This document shows positions 10,543-20,730 of a stretch of 64,000 nucleotides of DNA, one piece after another (position 1 is the first letter of the stretch; the number at the start of each line of letters is the position of its first letter). A program made the translations under genes and the position numbers. Under the pieces are notes generated by a model, which did no database searches, was not told the DNA's origin, and saw nothing but the letters and a program-made list of their open reading frames with translations. The stretch covers positions 4,845 through 68,844 of the forward strand of contig CANRCR010000002.1 of the NCBI GenBank assembly GCA_947629165.1. Reading direction: 5' to 3'. The stretch is from an uncultured Bacilli bacterium (GTDB lineage Bacteria; Bacillota_I; Bacilli_A; RF39; UBA660).

Positions 10543-10974
10543 ATGGATGAAAAAATAGCAGTTACAAAAAAGAAAAGTATTCCGATATGCATCTTCGAAT
10601 GGGTAATTACGATGATTTGTTATGCACTCGTGTTAGCATTCGTATCTTGTTGTTTTAAATCCCTCTATATCGATCTTAATTATTATGGAATCTATGCACT
10701 GGTTGCGGTAGTAATTATCTACATATTAAATCGAACGATTAAACCGATTTTATTTGCTTTAACCCTACCGATTACAGGACTGACGTTAGGACTCTTTTAT
10801 CCTGTATTAAATGTAATTATTTTAAAGTTAACCGATTGGATTTTACTGGAACACTTTGAACTTACTAATTTATGGATTGCTTTCTTTATTGCAATATTAA
10901 TATCCGTAATGAACATTCTAATCGATGAAATATTGATTAAACCATTGATGAGGAGGATGAAAAAACATGAATAG
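10543..10974 (+). CDS. DUF360/YvlD-like small membrane protein (annotated in databases as phage holin family IV).
   Basis: IKPILFALTLPITGLTLGLFYPVLNVIIL matches the YvlD core IRPILILLTLPINILTLGLF. Four predicted TM helices; ATG with RBS AGGTGAG. Confidence 0.65.
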   Translation: MDEKIAVTKKKSIPICIFEWVITMICYALVLAFVSCCFKSLYIDLNYYGIYALVAVVIIYILNRTIKPILFALTLPITGLTLGLFYPVLNVIILKLTDWILLEHFELTNLWIAFFIAILISVMNILIDEILIKPLMRRMKKHE

Positions 10975-11782
10975 AGGAATTGCACTCGACTTGGGTTTTA
11001 TTCAAATTTATTGGTATTCCCTTTTTATTATGCTAGCCGTTTTAGTAGGATGTGGAGTGATTTATCGAGAAATTCGAAGACAGAAGATCAATGAAGACTA
11101 TTTTATCAATCTTTTGTTTTATGGAATTATCTTCGGTTTAATTGGCGCAAGACTTTACTATGTTGCATTTAACTGGGATTACTATGTAAAATATCCGATT
11201 GAGATACTTGAAATTTGGAATGGTGGACTTGCCATTCATGGTGGAATTTTAGCTGGATTCTTATGGATTCTTTATTACACTCATAAATATAAGGCTAAAA
11301 CAATGAAGACGTTAGATATCATTGCCCCTGGTTTATTGATTGGACAAGCCATTGGCCGTTGGGGAAACTTCTTTAATCATGAGGCTTTTGGTGCGGTAAC
11401 GACCAAAGAAGCCCTTCAAGGAATGGGAATTCCCGATGCCATTGTCGAAGGAATGAATATTGATGGTTTCTATCGTCAACCGACTTTCTTATATGAATCA
11501 ATTTGGAATTTAGTTGGTTTTATTGCCATTTTAATGTTAAGAAAATATAAATATTTAAAAACAGGACAACTCACTGGATTCTACCTAATGTGGTATTCGC
11601 TCGGACGTTTCTTTATCGAAGGAATGCGTACGGATAGTTTAATGTTAGGACCACTTCGTGTGGCACAAGTCGTATCGGTCATCCTTTTTGTCGTAGGTAT
11701 TTTAATCTTTATATTCTCGAAAAAGGGAACACGTTTCGACAATCTATACAAGGAGTCGGATGAAGATGCAATTAGATTTTGA
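10967..11782 (+). CDS. lgt: Prolipoprotein diacylglyceryl transferase.
   Basis: Lgt signature GRWGNFFNHEAFG, multiple TM segments. Confidence 0.9.
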   Translation: MNRGIALDLGFIQIYWYSLFIMLAVLVGCGVIYREIRRQKINEDYFINLLFYGIIFGLIGARLYYVAFNWDYYVKYPIEILEIWNGGLAIHGGILAGFLWILYYTHKYKAKTMKTLDIIAPGLLIGQAIGRWGNFFNHEAFGAVTTKEALQGMGIPDAIVEGMNIDGFYRQPTFLYESIWNLVGFIAILMLRKYKYLKTGQLTGFYLMWYSLGRFFIEGMRTDSLMLGPLRVAQVVSVILFVVGILIFIFSKKGTRFDNLYKESDEDAIRF

Positions 11783-12677
11783 TGTGATAATTATAGGGGC
11801 AGGGGTAGCAGGTATGACCGCTGCTCTTTATTTAAAAAGAGCCAATAAAAAGGTATGTATTTTAGAAAAAGAGATGCCCGGTGGTCAAATTAATCGTACT
11901 TCGACGATTGAAAATTATCCAGGAATCGAGTCGATTACAGGACCAGAACTAGCAGAAAATATGCTTCATCAAATTCAAAAAATTGGAGCCGAGTACCGTT
12001 ATGGCGATGTCGAAACAGTCGTAGTCCAAGAAAATGCGATGCGTGTCGTAACGACAAATGAGATTCTTAATTGCAAATACGTCATCGTAGCGACCGGGAG
12101 AAGTCCTAAAAAATTAAATATTGAAAACGAAGATAAACTTCAAGGGCGTGGTATCAGTTGGTGTGCCATATGTGATGGACCGCTTTATAAAAATAAAAAA
12201 GTTACTGTGGTCGGAGGAGGTGCTAGTGCCCTCGAAGAAGCGCTCTATCTAGCTGCCATTTGCGAAGAAGTAACCATTTTGAATCGTGGAGAAACATTGC
12301 GAGCACCACAATATCTACAAGATAAAATAAAACTAATAGGCAATATAAAAGTCTTATACAATACCATTCCGAAAAGATTTATCGAAGAAGAAAATAAATT
12401 AGGAGCTATCGAAATATACAATCCGAAAGCGGAAGAACGTTCCCTATTAAAAACCGATGCTTGCTTTATTTACATTGGCCAACAACCGAATACCGAGTGT
12501 ATTAAAAACTTTAATATTTTAGATGAAAAAGGCTATATTCAAGTAGACGAATATGGGGAAACGAAAATACCGAATCTCTTTGCAATCGGAGATGTGACGC
12601 AAAAAGGACTCTATCAGATTGTAACTGCTACAGCCGATGGTGCAAAAGTAGCTACTACCATTATTGAACGAAGTTAA
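11760..12677 (+). CDS. trxB: Thioredoxin-disulfide reductase.
   Basis: FAD motif IIIGAGVAGMTAA, redox CAICDG, NAD(P) motif VVGGGASALEEA. Confidence 0.9.
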   Translation: MKMQLDFDVIIIGAGVAGMTAALYLKRANKKVCILEKEMPGGQINRTSTIENYPGIESITGPELAENMLHQIQKIGAEYRYGDVETVVVQENAMRVVTTNEILNCKYVIVATGRSPKKLNIENEDKLQGRGISWCAICDGPLYKNKKVTVVGGGASALEEALYLAAICEEVTILNRGETLRAPQYLQDKIKLIGNIKVLYNTIPKRFIEEENKLGAIEIYNPKAEERSLLKTDACFIYIGQQPNTECIKNFNILDEKGYIQVDEYGETKIPNLFAIGDVTQKGLYQIVTATADGAKVATTIIERS

Positions 12678-12744
12678 GGTTTACATAAAAATAAAAACAA
12701 GATACAATAAAAATAGTAAGAAGTAAAGAGGGTAGGATAAAAGT

Positions 12745-13281
12745 ATGTGGTTTTCTTTATCAAAAAATATTGACATCGAAAAAGTTCATCTTGGACTCGT
12801 TGTAAAAAACAACAAATCACTTATTTTGTATGGTAAAGGAGACCCTTTTGAAATCTATAAAAGATTAGGAAGAATAAAACCTATTTTTGGTTCACAAATC
12901 TGTCGTAGTATTCTATTTGAAGAAAAAGATCAGTTTGGTTCGGATTTACTTTATCAAAACGTCTACTATCCCATTGGAACGAGTAAAGAAGATTATCAAG
13001 AAACGGATCCAAACTTTCAAATTGAACATAATATTTCCTTGTATCCACTTTTTGAAACACTTGACTTACCGATGTCTATGTCCTTAAATAAATTAGAACA
13101 TTATTATCGTACTATCGTATCTAAAAAATGGTTAGAAAAACATCAAGATTACTTTGATTTAGAAGGAAATAATCCCCTTAAATTAGAAAAAGAACTCTAT
13201 TATCAATTATTCTTAATGAGTTCCCATGCGAAAGAACCATCGAAATTAGAACCACATTATCAGTTGATTAAAAAAAGATAA
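12745..13281 (+). CDS. Hypothetical protein (178 aa).
   Basis: ORF with RBS; no recognisable motifs. Confidence 0.4.
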   Translation: MWFSLSKNIDIEKVHLGLVVKNNKSLILYGKGDPFEIYKRLGRIKPIFGSQICRSILFEEKDQFGSDLLYQNVYYPIGTSKEDYQETDPNFQIEHNISLYPLFETLDLPMSMSLNKLEHYYRTIVSKKWLEKHQDYFDLEGNNPLKLEKELYYQLFLMSSHAKEPSKLEPHYQLIKKR

Positions 13282-13317
13282 TACGTTATAATTAAAAAAG
13301 AGTAAAGAGGTGTAACG

Positions 13318-13527
13318 ATGACATTAATGAAACCATTTTTAATTGGTTTAACGGTTGTTTTACTTTTATTAGGAATTGCCTTTCTCGTAAATTATTTACT
13401 TAAAAATAAAAAGATCGATAAAACCAATCCCAAAGCCGTAAGAAACCAAAAATTAAATTTATATTTATCGATTTATCTATTTATTGGAACCATCGTAGTA
13501 GGATGCTTTATCTTTTTAATTTATTAA
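13318..13527 (+). CDS. Small two-TM membrane protein (69 aa).
   Basis: Two hydrophobic helices; RBS AAAGAGGTG. Confidence 0.4.
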   Translation: MTLMKPFLIGLTVVLLLLGIAFLVNYLLKNKKIDKTNPKAVRNQKLNLYLSIYLFIGTIVVGCFIFLIY

Positions 13528-13582
13528 GAAATAGCCAAATGCTATTTTTTTTGTTATAATTAATCCGAAAGAGGTGAAGGCG

Positions 13583-14518
13583 ATGTCTTTTTCGACCACT
13601 ATTAAGAACGAATTAACGCGAATCGATTCCACCCAGTCAGAAAAATTGGCATTACTTTCGGCATTCTTTCGAAATAACGCCATTTATACGACGGATCGAA
13701 TTGAATTGATTACGGAAAATAGTACGGTCGCAAAATATTTATTTCAACTCTTAAAAGATACCTATCAAGTGACGTTACAAATTGAAAAAAGAAAAAATAA
13801 TAACTTTGCCAAAAATAACCTCTATATTATGACCTTACATGAAAAGATGGATTTAATTTTAAAAGATCTTTCAGTAATCAGTGAACGAGGCTATTATCTA
13901 GTAGAACCACAAGATTATATGGTAAGTACAATCGAAGACCAACGAGCGTATTTACGTGGACTCTTTCTAGCCAAAGGAAGTATTAATGATCCAAAAACTT
14001 CGCGATATCATCTAGAATTTTCTATTGATACAAGAGAGGAAGCAGAGTTTGATCAAGATCTACTAAACAACTTTGATTTGAATAGTAAAATATTGACGCG
14101 CGACAAAGGATATATGCTCTATGTGAAAGAAGCTGAAAAAATTGGAGACTTTTTAAGAATTATTAAGGCGACGAGTGCCTTGCTCTACTACGAAGATATA
14201 CGTATCTATCGCGATCATAAAAATATGGCGAATCGTTTGAATAACTGTGAACAAGCAAATATCGATAAAACGATTGAAACTGCGACGAGACAAGTCGAAG
14301 ATATACAGTACTTAATAGATGAAGTGGGTTTAGATCTTTTGGATGATAAGACCAAAGAAGCTGCCAACTACCGTTTAAAATATCCCGAAAGTTCCCTACT
14401 TGAATTAAGCGAGATTATTTCTTTGGAGACAGGAAATAAAATAACCAAATCAGGACTTAATCATCGCTTCCGTAAGATTAAAGAATTAGTGCAACGACTT
14501 AAAGATTCCAAAAAATAA
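13583..14518 (+). CDS. whiA: Sporulation/cell-division regulator WhiA.
   Basis: N-terminus MSFSTTIKNELTR...LALLSAFFRNNA matches WhiA (B. subtilis YvcL MSFASETKKELT). C-terminal HTH; first ATG with RBS AAAGAGGTGAA. Confidence 0.85.
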   Translation: MSFSTTIKNELTRIDSTQSEKLALLSAFFRNNAIYTTDRIELITENSTVAKYLFQLLKDTYQVTLQIEKRKNNNFAKNNLYIMTLHEKMDLILKDLSVISERGYYLVEPQDYMVSTIEDQRAYLRGLFLAKGSINDPKTSRYHLEFSIDTREEAEFDQDLLNNFDLNSKILTRDKGYMLYVKEAEKIGDFLRIIKATSALLYYEDIRIYRDHKNMANRLNNCEQANIDKTIETATRQVEDIQYLIDEVGLDLLDDKTKEAANYRLKYPESSLLELSEIISLETGNKITKSGLNHRFRKIKELVQRLKDSKK

Positions 14519-14543
14519 AAGGTAGCAATCTACCTTTTTGTTA
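14519..14543. terminator. Bidirectional terminator between whiA and clpP.
   Basis: AGGTAG CAA TCTACCT hairpin followed by TTTTTG. Confidence 0.6.
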
Positions 14544-15117
14544 TGATTTCATCGATGAGACCGTAAGTTTTAGCTTCCTTTGCATCGAGAAAATAATCCC
14601 GTTCCGTATCTTGTTCAATTTGTTCGAGCGATTGCCCTGTATTTTGAGCAAGTAGTTGATTGAGTCTTTTTTTCATTTTTAAAATATGTTCTGCCGCGAT
14701 TTGTATTTCCGTCGCTTGACCTTGAGCTCCTCCTAACGGTTGATGAATCATCACTTCGGCATTGGGAAGGGCATAACGTTTTCCTTTACTGCCACAAGAT
14801 AAGAGAAAGGCAGCCATACTTGCAGCCATGCCAATACAAATAGTGGAAACATCACTTTGAATAAAATTCATTGTATCGAGAATAGCCATTCCGGCCGTGA
14901 TAACGCCTCCGGGAGAATTAATATAAAGTGAAATCGTATCGTGATTGAGCGAATCTAAGTACAAAAGTTGAGCCACGACCAAATTTGCCATATCATCATT
15001 AATTTCCCCACTTAACATAACAATCCGATTCTTTAAAAGTTGAGAAAAAATATCGTAACTTCGTTCTCCATTACTTTCTCTTTCCACGACCATCGGCACT
15101 AAGTTCATTTTTATCAC
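14530..15117 (-). CDS. clpP: ATP-dependent Clp protease proteolytic subunit.
   Basis: ClpP catalytic Ser region [11 protein letters not shown], His/Asp context; 195 aa. Confidence 0.95.
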   Translation of the reverse strand: MIKMNLVPMVVERESNGERSYDIFSQLLKNRIVMLSGEINDDMANLVVAQLLYLDSLNHDTISLYINSPGGVITAGMAILDTMNFIQSDVSTICIGMAASMAAFLLSCGSKGKRYALPNAEVMIHQPLGGAQGQATEIQIAAEHILKMKKRLNQLLAQNTGQSLEQIEQDTERDYFLDAKEAKTYGLIDEIITKR

Positions 15118-15262
15118 CTATTATTATAGTAAGAAAAAAGAATTCATTTTATACGATGAGAAAAGTACAAAAAGAAAAGAAAGTCGACAATAATTCGCTC
15201 TCGACATCCTCTTTTTTTTTCGGCTTATTTATGATACAATGAGCATATAGTAGAATAAGAAG

Positions 15263-16927
15263 GTGTCGGATATGATGGAGAACTTGAAAGTAAAAATAAA
15301 GGATGAAACGGTCGAAGTAGGAAAGGGAACTACGCTTTTAGAGGTGAGCAAATCTTATCAAAAAGACTTTGCTTATCCAATTATTATTGCGAAAGAAGAT
15401 GGAGTCTACAAAGAATTAAGTACGACTATAAATAAAGATAGTACCATCGAGTTCTTCGATTTAAAAGATCGGACCGCGAATCGAATTTATTTAAATGGTC
15501 TAATCTTTTTAACAATTTATGCCGGAAAAGAAGTGTTTGGTTCAAAAACTAACTTCCGTGTCTTACATTCGATTGACAAAGGACTTTATATGGAAACAAC
15601 GGAGACTTTAACCGAAGAAAAAGTTGCCCAATTAGAAGCTAAGATGCATGAAATATCCGAAAAAGAAATGGCTATTACAAAGATGAATGTAACGCGAATC
15701 GATGCTATTAACTATTTTGAAAGCATAGGAGATAAAGCGAAAGCCGACATCATGAAATATAATACAAATACCTATGTCACACTTTATAAATTAGGAAACC
15801 TCTACAGTTATTTCTATAGTTTGATGCCAATTAATACAAAACAGTTAGCATATTTTGAACTAACCTATTTAAATGAACATGGACTTGTCTTACGTTATCC
15901 TACGGTGTATATCAAAGAAGGCATTAAGCCTTATCAACATCGCGAAAAAATATTTACGTTATTTAAAGAATACCGTGCTTGGGAAAAAGTGATGCACTTA
16001 GAAAACGTAAGTGAATTAAATAAAATTGTATCCCAGGGAACTATTAGTGATATTATTCGCATCGATGAAACCCTTCAAAACCAAAAATTACTCGAAATTG
16101 CCCGCCATATCGAAGAAAAGAGAAAAGAAATTAAAATAATACTCATTGCCGGTCCTTCTTCTTCGGGAAAGACGACAACGACACGGAAACTTTCGATGTA
16201 TTTACGTAGTTTTGGCATGAATCCAATTCCAATTTCGATGGACGACTATTTTAAAGAACGAGGAGAAACACCAATCGGACCAGATGGAGAACCCGATTTT
16301 GAATGCCTAGAAGCCGTCGATTTAGATCTCTTCAATCAACAAATGAAAGATCTTTTAAATGGGGAAGAAGTAACTGTTCCAACATTTAATTTCTTAATTG
16401 GAATGAAAGAATATAAAAATAAAATAAAGTTAGGAGAAAATGAATTGCTTTTAATCGAAGGAATTCATGGCCTAAATTCGAATATCTTGACGGATATTCC
16501 AAAATATCAAAAATGTAAAATCTATCTTTCACCACTTACCGCTTTGAGTCTCGATAATCAAAATCGTGTCGCGACGACCGATAACCGCTTGTTAAGAAGA
16601 ATTGTTCGAGATAATAAGACAAGAGGTTACAAAGTCGAAGATACGCTTAAAATATGGTCTAAAGTGAGAACTGGAGAAGAAAAATACATATTCCCATATC
16701 AAGATGATGCGGACTTTACCTTTAATACGGCCTTGATTTATGAATTAGGTGTTTTAAAGACGTATGCCGAACCATTATTATATTCAGTGGATGCTACTTC
16801 TCCTTATTACGAAGAAGCCAAAAGACTTATTAATGTATTACGGGTCTTTTTACCAATTCCATCCGAAGATATTCCAGATGATTCGATACTAAGAGAATTT
16901 ATTGGAAGAAGTTGTTTCCACGAATAA
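15263..16927 (+). CDS. Uridine kinase/PRK-family nucleoside kinase with N-terminal TGS-like domain.
   Basis: P-loop ILIAGPSSSGKTTTTRKL in the C-terminal half; N-terminal beta-grasp-like segment (KVKIKDETVEVGKGTTLLEV). Confidence 0.65.
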   Translation: MSDMMENLKVKIKDETVEVGKGTTLLEVSKSYQKDFAYPIIIAKEDGVYKELSTTINKDSTIEFFDLKDRTANRIYLNGLIFLTIYAGKEVFGSKTNFRVLHSIDKGLYMETTETLTEEKVAQLEAKMHEISEKEMAITKMNVTRIDAINYFESIGDKAKADIMKYNTNTYVTLYKLGNLYSYFYSLMPINTKQLAYFELTYLNEHGLVLRYPTVYIKEGIKPYQHREKIFTLFKEYRAWEKVMHLENVSELNKIVSQGTISDIIRIDETLQNQKLLEIARHIEEKRKEIKIILIAGPSSSGKTTTTRKLSMYLRSFGMNPIPISMDDYFKERGETPIGPDGEPDFECLEAVDLDLFNQQMKDLLNGEEVTVPTFNFLIGMKEYKNKIKLGENELLLIEGIHGLNSNILTDIPKYQKCKIYLSPLTALSLDNQNRVATTDNRLLRRIVRDNKTRGYKVEDTLKIWSKVRTGEEKYIFPYQDDADFTFNTALIYELGVLKTYAEPLLYSVDATSPYYEEAKRLINVLRVFLPIPSEDIPDDSILREFIGRSCFHE

Positions 16928-16930
16928 AAA

Positions 16931-16962
16931 ATTATCCACTATACTTGTGGATATTTTTTTAA
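16931..16962 (+). terminator. Intrinsic terminator.
   Basis: TATCCAC, loop TATACTT, GTGGATA, then TTTTTTT. Confidence 0.65.
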
Positions 16963-17003
16963 TTTGTTATAATAATTAACGTTTATAAAAAGGAGAAGTC
17001 AAT

Positions 17004-18515
17004 ATGAAAAAATGGATGTTTATTATTATTCTTGGAGGATTGTTACTAATTCCATTACCAACGTATGCAAAAGCCTTGCCTAAACTTTATTTCGAAGGGG
17101 ATCTATCTTCCTTAAAAACAAAAAAAGACAATACCAAAGTAACCATTCGTTATACGAGTGATTCCATAAACTTGGAAGGCTATGCAAAAATTAAATTACA
17201 GGGACATTCCTCATTAGATTATGAAAAAAAGAACTACAATATTGAATTCTACCAAGATGAAGATTTAACGAATCAACAAAAAGTTGATTTTGGATGGGGT
17301 GCTCAATCAAAATATTGTTTAAAAGCAAATTGGATTGATAAAACCCATGCACGTAATATTGTAACGGCACGTCTTGTTCAAGAAGTAGAGCAAAAGTATA
17401 ACTTACTAAACGACACACCTCATAATGGTACAATCGATGGTTTTCCGATTGAAATCTACTTAAACGATGAATTCTTAGGATTATACACATTAAATATTCC
17501 AAAAGGTGCATGGCAATTCAACATGGATGAGAATAATCCAAATCATATCGTCTTATCCGCCGAAGATTGGTCAAATGCAGCTTGTTTTAAAGAAGAAGCA
17601 AAAGATTTAAATAGTAGTTGGGCACTAGAAGTGGGCGAAGAAAATGAAGCAACGTTAGAAAAATTAAATCGTGTTATTCGCTTTGTTATCAATAGTTCAG
17701 ATCAAGAATTTAAAGAACAATTTTCATCTTATTTTAATCTTGATGCCGTCCTAAATTATTATGTTTTAACACAGTATGGTTTGCTATGTGATAACGTCGC
17801 TAAAAATATGTTATTAGTAACCTACGATGGAGAAATTTGGTATCCAGTACTCTACGATCTAGATACTGCCTGGGGATCTTCCTCGAGTGGTTTAGAAACC
17901 GTTCATTATGAAAGTACTAAAGATATTGCTAACAATCAATTATTTGAACGGTTAGAAAAAAATTTCCCAAATGAACTAGCCAATCGTTATTTTGCTTTAA
18001 AGAAAGAAATCTTTACGAAGGAACATGTACTAAATCTATTTAATGAATTTGAAAAAAGTATTCCTAAAGAATCTTTTCAGAAAGAACAAGAACGTTGGAC
18101 GGATATTCCCGGTTTTTCAGTAGAACAAATTGCCTCTTTCATTGATGTTCGAACACCGATAGTGGATAAATTTTTCTATGATCTATATACCGATGAAATA
18201 AAAGTAGAAGTAGTTTATGAAGAAAATAAAAATGGAACGGTAACGGCGCGCTTAGTAAGTAACCGCGAAGATGTTTCACTTTGGAAAAACAATAAAACTA
18301 GTTATGATTATGAACATACCTTTACGAAAGAAGGAACCTATACTTTTTATTACCAAGATGGAAATGGCAATCGGAATAGTATCACTGCCACGACGAGTGG
18401 GAATGTACTAACTTCGAGTAGTGAATCGTATGATTTTCTTTTACTAGGACTCTTTGGCATCCTTATTTTTAGTATTCTTTTCTACGGAATCAGAAGAAGA
18501 ATTCGCTATATATAA
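17004..18515 (+). CDS. CotH-family (atypical kinase fold) protein, secreted with C-terminal membrane anchor.
   Basis: Signal peptide MKKWMFIIILGGLLLIPLPTYA; CotH motifs CDNVAKNMLL and YDLDTAWG; C-terminal TM LLLGLFGILIFSILFYGIRRR. Confidence 0.65.
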   Translation: MKKWMFIIILGGLLLIPLPTYAKALPKLYFEGDLSSLKTKKDNTKVTIRYTSDSINLEGYAKIKLQGHSSLDYEKKNYNIEFYQDEDLTNQQKVDFGWGAQSKYCLKANWIDKTHARNIVTARLVQEVEQKYNLLNDTPHNGTIDGFPIEIYLNDEFLGLYTLNIPKGAWQFNMDENNPNHIVLSAEDWSNAACFKEEAKDLNSSWALEVGEENEATLEKLNRVIRFVINSSDQEFKEQFSSYFNLDAVLNYYVLTQYGLLCDNVAKNMLLVTYDGEIWYPVLYDLDTAWGSSSSGLETVHYESTKDIANNQLFERLEKNFPNELANRYFALKKEIFTKEHVLNLFNEFEKSIPKESFQKEQERWTDIPGFSVEQIASFIDVRTPIVDKFFYDLYTDEIKVEVVYEENKNGTVTARLVSNREDVSLWKNNKTSYDYEHTFTKEGTYTFYYQDGNGNRNSITATTSGNVLTSSSESYDFLLLGLFGILIFSILFYGIRRRIRYI

Positions 18516-18550
18516 AATCTGTACATGTAAATACTTGTAAACTAAAGTAG

Positions 18551-18582
18551 TTTTGTGGAAAAAACTACTTTTTAATTATGTT
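18551..18582 (+). terminator. Intrinsic terminator.
   Basis: AAGTAGTTTT GTGGAAAA AACTACTT followed by TTT. Confidence 0.6.
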
Positions 18583-18616
18583 ATACTAAAAATAACATAG
18601 TAGGAGGATGATATAA

Positions 18617-20620
18617 ATGGATTCATGGATACAAGAATTAGCAGATGAATCAAAAGTAGTGGAAAGACTAGAAAGAGATCGCCTTGTTAGAAACGAATTA
18701 CAAAAATTACAAGAAGAGCGTACTAAGATTGGAGTTGCAAATCCGGAAGAGGTTGCTTTATTAGACGCTAAAATAAAAAAACTAGAAGAACTAAAAATGC
18801 CTGATAAAATAAGAGAAATTTTGGAAAAAGATTCCTTACAATTAGAAGAGGACCTTCAAACTGAACTAGCGGATGAAAGAATAGGCCTTACAGCAGGAAA
18901 AGAAATTATCAAAGGATTAAATCAATTTGAACAAAGCCTTTTAAAAGATCCCACAACCGTAAAACTTTTATTAGTACATCACATTTATGCTTTCCTTCAA
19001 GGTAAAGAATATTTGCATAGTCATGGATTAACTACTTCCATTGAAAGCATAGATGAATTACTTGATAAGCTAGTAACAAAGGATACCGCTAGGATTCTAG
19101 TTACTGCAATCGAGGATAATACAATGAAAAAAGTGTTGCCAACGGAGGTTATTCTAAATATTGCGACTCGTTTAAATGCGCATGTTAATTTAATGGAATA
19201 TCCAGAGACATTAAATTATTGGAATCACCGAAATGATCCTGTATCAACCTTGGAACAAACGCTTAAACAGCCTATACAGGTTTTTAGTCCTATTCAAGAC
19301 TTCCTTTTGTTACCTCATCAAATAATGGCTAGTGGATATACAAACCGAATGCATTTAACAAGTCTAGAAAGTATTCCAGGAAGCAAAGAATACATGGAGT
19401 ATTTAGCTCAAGTTAAAGAACACATTAACCAACAAGCTTTAGACACTCAACAACATCTCCAAGAACAACAAAATTTTTCGAATGTGGCAGATGATGGCAT
19501 GTATCGCGTTCATTTCATTAATAAATTACTACAAGATAGCAATTTTCATATGGATATGCAAAAATTTGTAACAGCACACTACTATTTAGAACAAACGGTT
19601 CCTAAAAGTCAAGAAATGGAAGCAACTTTAATGCATGTGCAATCTGCTTATACATCAGAAGAACTACAACGCATCATCGATAGTACCGGTATGATATGTC
19701 CTACTGAAGGACCAAATGCATATGATTTAGTTGAAAAAAGAGATCACGCCCGTGAACAGGCTGCTCTTTTAGATGAAAAAATCGAAAAGAAATGTGCTTC
19801 CTTTGATGTGTTATATCAATATGCCTATGCTGGCAAAAATCCACAGGAATTCCAAAGTGCTGATGTTGAAGAAGAATTCTATCAATATTTCTTAGCTCAA
19901 AAAGGACATGCAAGTGAAGAGCAAAAGAAAAAATTAGAAGAAAGAATTGAGAAATATCGCAAGATTAGCCCTGAAATGGTAGAACATATTTTAAAAGCCT
20001 ATGAAACCTCTGATGTAGTAACGGCATATGACGATTTAGAAGCAGCTAAGGAACAATTAGAAAAAGTGCAAAACGAACCAGTAAAAGGAGGATTCCTTGG
20101 ATTTGGTAAAAAGGAACGAGAACTTGAAAAAGAGAAAAAGGTCGAAGAACAAAAAGCAACCCTTGAACAAAAAAAGCAGGATTTAAAAAAGGCAAAAGAA
20201 AGCGTAGCAAAAGGCCTTACTGAGCAACTTTCTCCTCTTTACCAAGAAATTGTTAAAGTTATTCCTGATGCTAAAGCAGTATATCATCCAAATTTAAACG
20301 AAGAAGTACCATTTACCGAAGTCGACAAGGATGAATTATCAACTACTTATGATGGTCAATTTACGACGAATATTAGTGCTGCCGAAGTGCAAAGAAGAAG
20401 AGCAGATTATCAACGAGAAGCCGAAGAGACGGATACCAAGATTCAATCAATGCTTAGTCACAATCCTGTTTTAATACGTCATGTCAACGATAAAGATTGT
20501 CCTCGAGTTGGTTTCTTAAAAGATATTGTATCCGGTAAATATGCTCAAGATATGTTTGAAAATAAGGTATATAGTGAAATACAAAGTGCCGTTATGGGAG
20601 AAAACTCGAAACAAATGTAA
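18617..20620 (+). CDS. Large charged/coiled-coil hypothetical protein (667 aa).
   Basis: Long ORF, glutamate/lysine-rich heptad-like segments, no TM helices. Confidence 0.5.
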   Translation: MDSWIQELADESKVVERLERDRLVRNELQKLQEERTKIGVANPEEVALLDAKIKKLEELKMPDKIREILEKDSLQLEEDLQTELADERIGLTAGKEIIKGLNQFEQSLLKDPTTVKLLLVHHIYAFLQGKEYLHSHGLTTSIESIDELLDKLVTKDTARILVTAIEDNTMKKVLPTEVILNIATRLNAHVNLMEYPETLNYWNHRNDPVSTLEQTLKQPIQVFSPIQDFLLLPHQIMASGYTNRMHLTSLESIPGSKEYMEYLAQVKEHINQQALDTQQHLQEQQNFSNVADDGMYRVHFINKLLQDSNFHMDMQKFVTAHYYLEQTVPKSQEMEATLMHVQSAYTSEELQRIIDSTGMICPTEGPNAYDLVEKRDHAREQAALLDEKIEKKCASFDVLYQYAYAGKNPQEFQSADVEEEFYQYFLAQKGHASEEQKKKLEERIEKYRKISPEMVEHILKAYETSDVVTAYDDLEAAKEQLEKVQNEPVKGGFLGFGKKERELEKEKKVEEQKATLEQKKQDLKKAKESVAKGLTEQLSPLYQEIVKVIPDAKAVYHPNLNEEVPFTEVDKDELSTTYDGQFTTNISAAEVQRRRADYQREAEETDTKIQSMLSHNPVLIRHVNDKDCPRVGFLKDIVSGKYAQDMFENKVYSEIQSAVMGENSKQM

Positions 20621-20623
20621 AAG

Positions 20624-20648
20624 AAGCCGTTTTAGACGGCTTTTTTTA
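20624..20648 (+). terminator. Intrinsic terminator.
   Basis: AAGCCGT TTTAG ACGGCTT followed by TTTTTT. Confidence 0.7.
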
Positions 20649-20730
20649 TCGTCAAAAAGGCGTCAACTAAAGGGATAAATATTGAATCACAAGGGAAAAA
20701 TAGATATAATGAAGATAATAGAAAGGATAG

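Noticed and set aside
10543-10974. Prophage signal from the phage-holin-family annotation of the DUF360 protein.
   Set aside because: The YvlD/DUF360 gene is a conserved chromosomal neighbour of uvrA/lgt in Firmicutes. No integrase, terminase, capsid or att repeats are present.
15118-15262. CtsR heat-shock operator (GGTCAAA direct repeat) upstream of clpP.
   Set aside because: Only GTCGA-containing near-repeats (TGTCGAC / TGTCGAG) are present, with no GTCAAA heptads. They resemble 0A-box half-sites more than CtsR sites, but that match is too weak to call.
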